Shown here: positions 58,605 to 64,000 of the stretch, piece after piece
How positions within the stretch are numbered: position 1 is the first letter of the stretch
Layout of the letters: each line of letters opens with the position of its first letter
NCBI GenBank assembly: GCA_044222475.1
Contig: JBGANF010000005.1
Span: 1 to 64,000, forward strand
Length of the DNA stretch: 64,000 nucleotides
DNA from: Polyangiaceae bacterium
Lineage (GTDB): Bacteria > Myxococcota_A > Polyangia > Polyangiales > Polyangiaceae
Reading direction: 5' to 3'
The notes under the pieces: model-generated
The model's database searches: none
What the model saw: the letters and a program-made list of their open reading frames with translations, nothing else
Told to the model about the DNA's origin: nothing
Made by a program: the position numbers and the translations under genes

Positions 58605-59005
58605 TGCGCTTCCTGCTCGCCCTCGCCTTTGCGCTCGCGGTCGTCGTCGCGTGCGACGACGCCTCGGCGCCGAAGGATCCGGTCTGGGGCAAGCAAGCGT
58701 GCGGCAGCTGCGCGATGCTCGTGAGCGATCCGCACTACGCCGCTCAGCTCGCCACGACCGACGGCACGAGAGTCTACTTCGACGACCCCGGATGCATGGC
58801 TGCGTACATCGACGAGCGCCACCCGAGCGTCCGCGCCATCTGGGTCAAGGACGACGCGGGTCACTGGGTCGACGCGAAGACTGCGCGATTCACCCGCGGC
58901 GCACAGTCTCCGATGGACTACGGCTTCGCCGCCCAGACCGCCGGTACGGCGAGCTGGGCCGATGTCGAAGCCGAAGCGAAGAAGCGGAAAGAAGGTGCAC
59001 GATGA
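58601..59005 (+). CDS. nosL: Copper chaperone lipoprotein NosL
   Basis: Lipobox VVAC; 'CGSCAM', 'FDDPGCM', 'SPMDYG'. Confidence 0.88.
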   Translation: MMRFLLALAFALAVVVACDDASAPKDPVWGKQACGSCAMLVSDPHYAAQLATTDGTRVYFDDPGCMAAYIDERHPSVRAIWVKDDAGHWVDAKTARFTRGAQSPMDYGFAAQTAGTASWADVEAEAKKRKEGAR

Positions 59006-59844
59006 CCCTCGGATCCAGACCGTTCCATGCGCTGCTTCGCCTCGAGGTCGCCGACGCGCTGCGATCGCGTTGGGTCACGTTCACCGCGACGGCGTACGTC
59101 CTCGTCTTCGGCGCGTTCCTGTGGCTCGGGCTGCGCGAGTCGTCGATCCTCGGGTTCACCGGGCTCTCGCGGGTCGTCCTCAACGTGTCGAACGCGGTGG
59201 TCCTCGTGCTCCCGCTCGTCGCCCTCGTGTCGACCGGTCAATCCGTCGTGCGATCGCGCACGACCGGGTTCTTCGAGCTCGTGCTCACCCAGCCGTGCAA
59301 GCGCACCGACTGGCTCGCGGCCGCCGTGGTCGCGCGGCTCCTCGTCATCGTCGGCCCCTTGTTCGTACTCCTCCTCGGAGTCCTCGTCGCCGGCGCGATC
59401 GGTGGCGAAGAACCGATGCTCGCGCTCGTGGCCCGCACGATGCTCGTCGCGTTCGCGCTGAGCTTCGCGTACGTCGGCCTCGGCTTCTACCTCTCGTCGA
59501 TCGCGCGCACTCCCGAGCGAGCGACGGTGTACGTCCTCCTCGCGTGGCTCCTCGGGAGCGCACTGCACGACTTCGCCTTGATCGGCGTCCTCCTCAAGTT
59601 CCGCCTGTCGCCTCAGGTCGTGTTCGGCCTCGCAGCCTTGAACCCGGTCGAGTCGGCCAGGCTCGCCATCCTGTCGGGCGTGGACCCGGAGCTCTCGGTG
59701 CTCGGCCCCGTCGGGTTCTGGCTCGCCAACACCATGGGCCCGAAGGCCGCCCTCGGCGTCGGTGTCGGGTGGCCGCTCGCGCTGGGGTGCCTCGCGCTCC
59801 TCGGCGCGACGCGGAGGCTCGAGAAGGACGATCTCGTGGGGTGA
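59002..59844 (+). CDS. nosY: ABC permease NosY
   Basis: 'LRSRW', 'ELVLTQP', 'LNPVESARL'; multi-TM; nos context. Confidence 0.88.
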   Translation: MTLGSRPFHALLRLEVADALRSRWVTFTATAYVLVFGAFLWLGLRESSILGFTGLSRVVLNVSNAVVLVLPLVALVSTGQSVVRSRTTGFFELVLTQPCKRTDWLAAAVVARLLVIVGPLFVLLLGVLVAGAIGGEEPMLALVARTMLVAFALSFAYVGLGFYLSSIARTPERATVYVLLAWLLGSALHDFALIGVLLKFRLSPQVVFGLAALNPVESARLAILSGVDPELSVLGPVGFWLANTMGPKAALGVGVGWPLALGCLALLGATRRLEKDDLVG

Positions 59845-59857
59845 TGACATCCGTCAT
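59844..59857. promoter_or_regulatory. Crp/Fnr-type palindrome, copy 3
   Basis: ATGAC-ATCC-GTCAT; CATCGT 22 nt downstream (59880-59885). Confidence 0.75.
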
Positions 59858-59906
59858 CGCGCTGGCGCGCGGCAGGCGGCATCGTTTCCAAAAGGAAGAG
59901 GTTCCC

Positions 59907-60329
59907 ATGAAGCTCGTACATCTCGCAGCCCTCGTCGTGGGCGCATCTCTCGCCGTCGTGGCGTGCAACAACCAGGGCTCCGGCTCCTCGGGCGCCGGGA
60001 CGGGCACGACCGCCACGGCCGCTGCGACCGCCGCCGGAGGCGGAGGTGCCGTCGACGGCAAGGAGATCTTCAAGACCCGCTGCGCGCCCTGCCACGGCGA
60101 GAGCGGCAAGGGCGACGGGCCGGGAGCTGCCGCCCTCACCCCGAAGCCGCGCGACTACACCAACGCCGCGTGGCAAGACAGCGTCAAGGACGAAGACATC
60201 AAGAAGACGATCCTCTACGGCGGTGCCGCGGTCGGCAAGAGCGCCGCGATGCCGGCCAGCCCCGATCTCGAGGGCAAGCCCGATCTCGACGCGCTCGTGA
60301 AATACGTCCGGTCGTTCAAGGGGAAGTGA
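59907..60329 (+). CDS. Mono-heme cytochrome c lipoprotein
   Basis: Lipobox VVAC; 'CAPCHG'; distal 'AMPA'. Confidence 0.9.
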   Translation: MKLVHLAALVVGASLAVVACNNQGSGSSGAGTGTTATAAATAAGGGGAVDGKEIFKTRCAPCHGESGKGDGPGAAALTPKPRDYTNAAWQDSVKDEDIKKTILYGGAAVGKSAAMPASPDLEGKPDLDALVKYVRSFKGK

Positions 60330-60330
60330 C

Positions 60331-60828
60331 GTGGACGCCGGGGGGCGGATCGACCTGCAGCACGCGACGCTCGGTGCGCTCGTCGACCACATCGAAGGGT
60401 TCCACCACGCGCTGGCGCGCGAGGAGATCGCGCGCCTCGGCCCCATGATGGATGGCGTTCGGGGGACCGAGCTCGTCCGCCTTGCGCACACGTTCGACGT
60501 CATCGCCGGGCATCTCCTCTCGCACATGCGCAAGGAGGAGATGCTCGTCTTTCCGGTCGTTCGCGACCTCGAGCGCGGGACGCGCGCGCCGTTCGCGAGG
60601 CTCGCTCCGCTCCTCGGGGCGATGCGGGAAGAACACGAGGCCATGACCGAGCTCTTCGGCGAGCTGCGCGCGTTCACCGGATGCTACGCGGGCGCCGACG
60701 CCCCGACCGACGCGGGCGCGGTGCTCGCCGCGCTGCGTGCTTTCGACGAGAACCTCGATCGTCACGTGCTCATCGAGGACGAGATCCTCTTCCCGCGTGC
60801 GCGGGCAATCGACCTCACCGCGGAGTGA
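60331..60828 (+). CDS. Ric/YtfE-like hemerythrin (di-iron) protein lacking the N-terminal ScdA domain
   Basis: 'LVDHIEGFHH', 'HMRKEEMLVFP', 'MREEHE', 'HVLIEDEILFPRA'. Confidence 0.8.
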   Translation: MDAGGRIDLQHATLGALVDHIEGFHHALAREEIARLGPMMDGVRGTELVRLAHTFDVIAGHLLSHMRKEEMLVFPVVRDLERGTRAPFARLAPLLGAMREEHEAMTELFGELRAFTGCYAGADAPTDAGAVLAALRAFDENLDRHVLIEDEILFPRARAIDLTAE

Positions 60829-60831
60829 CCG

Positions 60832-61374
60832 TCACGACGGGAGCGACGCGCTGCGCCGCCGGCGCATGTCGGCGAGTACCAGCGCCTGGGTGGCCGCCGG
60901 AAGCGACTCGACGCGCGGGAACAGGTGCTCCTCCTCGCGCGCGTGGTGGAGCTCGAAGACCGCGACCAGGCGCCGCGTCGCGGCCGCGAGCTCCGGCCGC
61001 AGACCGTCGAGCGCCTTCGGGTCTTCACACAGCCTCCGCCAGAGCGGATCGAGCTCGCCGATGATGACCTTCAGGAGAGCGTGCTCGTTCGCGATCATCT
61101 TCAGGTGCTCGTCGAGCGACTCGTCGCGTGGCAGCACGGGGATGACGGTCGAGACCTCGTCGTTCTCGTGGACCGGAAGCACGTCCGCGAAGTACCCGCG
61201 CAGGTCGGACGCGACGTCGGTGACGAAAGACGCCGGAGAGGACCTCCAATCCACCGTGACGAGGTCCTCTGCCGCCCGCAGGTGCAGCCGTGTGTGGTCG
61301 TGGCATCCGCGCAAGACAGCCCCAGGCGTCGCCCCGTCGTACAGCTGCGGTGGAATGCGATGGAGCAGGCCCAT
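60832..61374 (-). CDS. Hemerythrin-domain protein
   Basis: 'LRGCHD', 'PVHENDE', 'NEHAL', 'HHAREEEHLFP'. Confidence 0.78.
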   Translation of the reverse strand: MGLLHRIPPQLYDGATPGAVLRGCHDHTRLHLRAAEDLVTVDWRSSPASFVTDVASDLRGYFADVLPVHENDEVSTVIPVLPRDESLDEHLKMIANEHALLKVIIGELDPLWRRLCEDPKALDGLRPELAAATRRLVAVFELHHAREEEHLFPRVESLPAATQALVLADMRRRRSASLPS

Positions 61375-61405
61375 GCAAGTTATGCGCGTGGAACGGTTTT
61401 TTGCG

Positions 61406-62122
61406 TCAGTCCGGGGAGCTCGCGGATTCGAGCGCCGAGATGCTCCGGATTCGGAAGCCTTCGGCCGTCGTGTCGACCAGGCCGGCCTTCTGCCAGCGGC
61501 TCATCACCCGGATCGTGGTCTCGACCGTGGTACCGACGAGGCACGCAAGCTCCGTTCGAGAGAGCACCACCGGGATGCCGGTGAACCCGTCCTCGAGCTC
61601 GTCCCCGAAACGGTTCGCCAGGTGCGTCAGCAGCGCGACCAAGCGCCTTTCGACCGACCCCGAGGCGAGGATGTGGATCTTTCCGCGCAGCGCCGTGGAG
61701 TGCTCCACGAGCGAGCGATTGAGCGCCATTCCGACGGACGGATGACGCTGCATCGCCTCGAGAACCGCGCGCCTCTCGACGCGAAGAACGTCGACCGTGT
61801 CGCTGATCGCCTGAGCGTCGGCCGGGTAGTTGCTGTCGGAGATCACCGCCATGTCGCCGAGGCTCTCGCGCGGTCCGAACAAGCCGACGATCGTCGATTG
61901 GCCGTCGCGAACGGGCTGGCAGACCTTCACCAGCCCCGAAGCGATGACGGTGAGCGCCGTCGGGTGCTCCCCGGCGTGCCAGAGGAAATCGCCCCGCGCA
62001 AAGCGTGCGCGATGGGTCGCGCGCGAAAAGTCGGCGAGGAGTGCTTCGTCGAGGCCGCCAAACAGCCGAGAAGCGCGCAGCGTGGGGAGCACCGGAGCGT
62101 TGGATGCGGTGAGCATGCCCAT
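61406..62122 (-). CDS. Crp/Fnr family regulator (Dnr/NnrR/HcpR-like, no FNR Cys cluster)
   Basis: cNMP-like domain 'SGLVKV...GPRESLGD'; HTH 'LSRTELACLVGTTVETTIRVMSRW'. Confidence 0.9.
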   Translation of the reverse strand: MGMLTASNAPVLPTLRASRLFGGLDEALLADFSRATHRARFARGDFLWHAGEHPTALTVIASGLVKVCQPVRDGQSTIVGLFGPRESLGDMAVISDSNYPADAQAISDTVDVLRVERRAVLEAMQRHPSVGMALNRSLVEHSTALRGKIHILASGSVERRLVALLTHLANRFGDELEDGFTGIPVVLSRTELACLVGTTVETTIRVMSRWQKAGLVDTTAEGFRIRSISALESASSPD

Positions 62123-62151
62123 CGCTAGAGCATCTTCCGTGCCGCGGTCGC

Positions 62152-63207
62152 TCAGCCATGACTCACCGCCGTGCGCAGCCGCCGCATCGCCATCATGGCG
62201 GGAAAGAGCGCAATCCCGACGACCGACACGAGGCCACCGGCGCTCCGCGCTTCGGCGCTGCCGAGGAGATCTCCGAAAACGCGCACCGCGAGCCCACCGT
62301 GCAGGAGCGCGAGCGGGACGTAGAGATCGGGCGCGTACGCGAAGGGAACGCCGGTGAGCTTGGGGAAGACCCGCGGCGCGTGCGCGAAGATCATCGAGAA
62401 CGCCATGCCGAGAAACACGGCGTGCGCAGCGGCGTCGTACGTTGGACCCACCTCGGCGAAGCCGAAGCCGACGAGGATCAGCCCCGACGAGGCGAGCCAG
62501 AAGTACGCCGAGACCATCGCGACGGTTTCGTAACCGGCGAGCCCGCGCCAGTCGGGTCGCGCCGAAGCGACGTCGTGACGAAAGAACCAGGCGGCGAGCG
62601 CGACGAGCGCGAGACCCCGAGAGCGCGCCCCCAGATCCGGAAACCAAGTGACTGCGGCCGAGCTCAGGACGAGACACGCCACCGCGAGTCGCAACGTCCA
62701 CGAACGCGCCGACCGCGGAGCACGCAAAGCGATGGGGTCGACGCGCTCGTCGAGGATCACGAGGACGAGAAACGCAGTCCACGTCGGGACCGCCGTCGCG
62801 ATCCGCTGCGACGCGAGAAACGAGACGCCCGCTGCCACCCAGCACGAGGCGGCGGCAACGGTGATCCAGCCCTTCGAGGCGCGAACCCCAATCACGACGA
62901 AGACGACGGAGGCCGCGAGGCCCAGGACCGCCGAGGCCGACGCCGAGATCAGGGCACCAAAGGCGGCGGCCGCGCTCAGGGCGGGGAGCGCGTAGACCCA
63001 GCGGCCGAGGCGCTCGTTCTTCACCGCGGTCTCGAGGCCGATCACGGTCGAGAAGAAGCCGAGGCTCATCAGCGCGCCGTGCGCCGAGCCGATCCGTGCG
63101 GCACCGGCCGAGCCGAGCCAACCCATGCGCGCGAGACCGCCGGTGAGCCCGAGGACCAGGCTCGCCAGGGCGACGACGAACAAGGGTGGACGCATCGAGA
63201 CGGTCAC
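62152..63207 (-). CDS. NnrS-like multi-pass membrane protein
   Basis: 'GGLARMG', 'HGALMSLGFFSTVIGLE', 'YDAAAHAVFLGMAFSMIFAHAP'; alternative ATG at 63195. Confidence 0.65.
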   Translation of the reverse strand: MTVSMRPPLFVVALASLVLGLTGGLARMGWLGSAGAARIGSAHGALMSLGFFSTVIGLETAVKNERLGRWVYALPALSAAAAFGALISASASAVLGLAASVVFVVIGVRASKGWITVAAASCWVAAGVSFLASQRIATAVPTWTAFLVLVILDERVDPIALRAPRSARSWTLRLAVACLVLSSAAVTWFPDLGARSRGLALVALAAWFFRHDVASARPDWRGLAGYETVAMVSAYFWLASSGLILVGFGFAEVGPTYDAAAHAVFLGMAFSMIFAHAPRVFPKLTGVPFAYAPDLYVPLALLHGGLAVRVFGDLLGSAEARSAGGLVSVVGIALFPAMMAMRRLRTAVSHG

Positions 63208-63242
63208 CGGAGGTACGATGCGGGTAGCCCATGCGGGAGGCG

Positions 63243-63256
63243 ATGACCGATGTCAT
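63243..63256. promoter_or_regulatory. Crp/Fnr-type palindrome, copy 4 (bidirectional)
   Basis: ATGAC-CGAT-GTCAT; CATCGT (minus strand, 63215-63220) and CAGGCT (plus strand, 63279-63284), each 22 nt away. Confidence 0.75.
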
Positions 63257-63290
63257 GCCCAACGCTGCGGCAGAGAGCCAGGCTACGTTC

Positions 63291-64000
63291 GTGCTCCGAG
63301 CAGACCGACAGGCGACTCCGATCGACCACCACCCGCTCCTCGCGATCTGGGAGCTCACCCAGGCCTGCGACCTCGCGTGCGTGCACTGCCGTGCGTCCGC
63401 CGTGGCCGATCGCGATCCGCTCGAGCTCTCCACCGCCGAAGGCAAGCGCCTCCTCGACTCGATCCGCGCCATGGGGACTCCGCTGATGATCCTGACGGGC
63501 GGCGACCCGGCGAAGCGCGACGATCTCGTCGAGTTCGTCCGCCACGGTGCCTCGATCGGGCTGATCATGGCGGTGACGCCCTCGGGCACCGGGCTCATGA
63601 CGAAGGCACTCCTCGCCGAGCTCGCCGCGGCCGGCATGGCGCGAGTGGCAGTCTCGATCGACGGTCCCGACGCCGCGACCCACGATGCGTTCCGCCGCGT
63701 CGATGGGAGCTTCGACCACTGCCTCCGCATCCTCGAGGACGCGCGCGCGCTCGGGATCGAACGCCAGGTGAACACCACCCTCGGCCCCCACAATTTCCGG
63801 GCGATCGCGCCGATGGCCGAGCTCGTGGGTCGCAGCGGCGCCGTCTTGTGGAGCGTCTTCTCCGTCGTCCCGATGGGCCGGGCGGACGAGGGACTGATGC
63901 TCACGGCCGACGAGCTCGAACACGCGCTCGGCGAGCTGGCCGACGTGGCGCTCTCGGCGACGTTCGACGTGAAGACCACCGCCGCTCCGCACTTCCGCCG
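63291..64000 (+). CDS. Radical SAM protein (NirJ/Ahb/TIGR04053-like), 3' truncated by the window
   Basis: 'IWELTQACDLACVHCRASA', 'ILTGGDP', 'VSIDG'; open to the window end; start may be 63243, 63255 or 63291. Confidence 0.85.
   Translation, partial: MLRADRQATPIDHHPLLAIWELTQACDLACVHCRASAVADRDPLELSTAEGKRLLDSIRAMGTPLMILTGGDPAKRDDLVEFVRHGASIGLIMAVTPSGTGLMTKALLAELAAAGMARVAVSIDGPDAATHDAFRRVDGSFDHCLRILEDARALGIERQVNTTLGPHNFRAIAPMAELVGRSGAVLWSVFSVVPMGRADEGLMLTADELEHALGELADVALSATFDVKTTAAPHFR

Noticed and set aside
60824..60835. GTGAC-C-GTCAC palindrome between convergent hemerythrin genes
   Set aside because: Formed by the two facing stop codons; the 1-nt spacer does not fit the N4 box.
61406..62122. 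Calling the regulator FNR
   Set aside because: Lacks the N-terminal Cys cluster and the ETxSR recognition helix.

Overview
GC-rich (visually ~70%) bacterial chromosomal window. The gene content points to Myxococcota, probably Polyangiaceae-like: eukaryote-like Ser/Thr kinases, a kinase-sigma54 activator fusion, a PEGA/TPR protein and many Cys-rich lipoproteins. It holds about 55 CDSs and one tRNA-Ala(GGC). I found no rRNA, CRISPR array, transposase or integrase. From left to right: a lower-GC DUF4375-like gene bounded by a (CCGCTT)n microsatellite; an esterase plus two ATP-grasp-type ligases; crtI; a kinase-GAF-sigma54 activator; a degenerate Rieske/cytochrome b-c pair; a frameshifted HEAT-repeat gene; a sigma54-driven immunity-like operon; assorted hydrolases, lipoproteins and kinases; and a clade II nitrous-oxide reductase cluster (nosZBDFLY). 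The nos cluster is flanked by a fasciclin lipoprotein, three hemerythrins, a cytochrome c, an NnrS-like protein, a Crp/Fnr regulator and a radical SAM gene. The best new signal is a non-canonical palindrome, ATGAC-N4-GTCAT, found four times in front of the units of this nos/NO island. In 4 of 5 promoter directions it sits exactly 22 nt before a CANNNT -10 element, which defines a candidate regulon for the local Crp/Fnr protein. All calls come from reading motifs by eye; no database searches were run.
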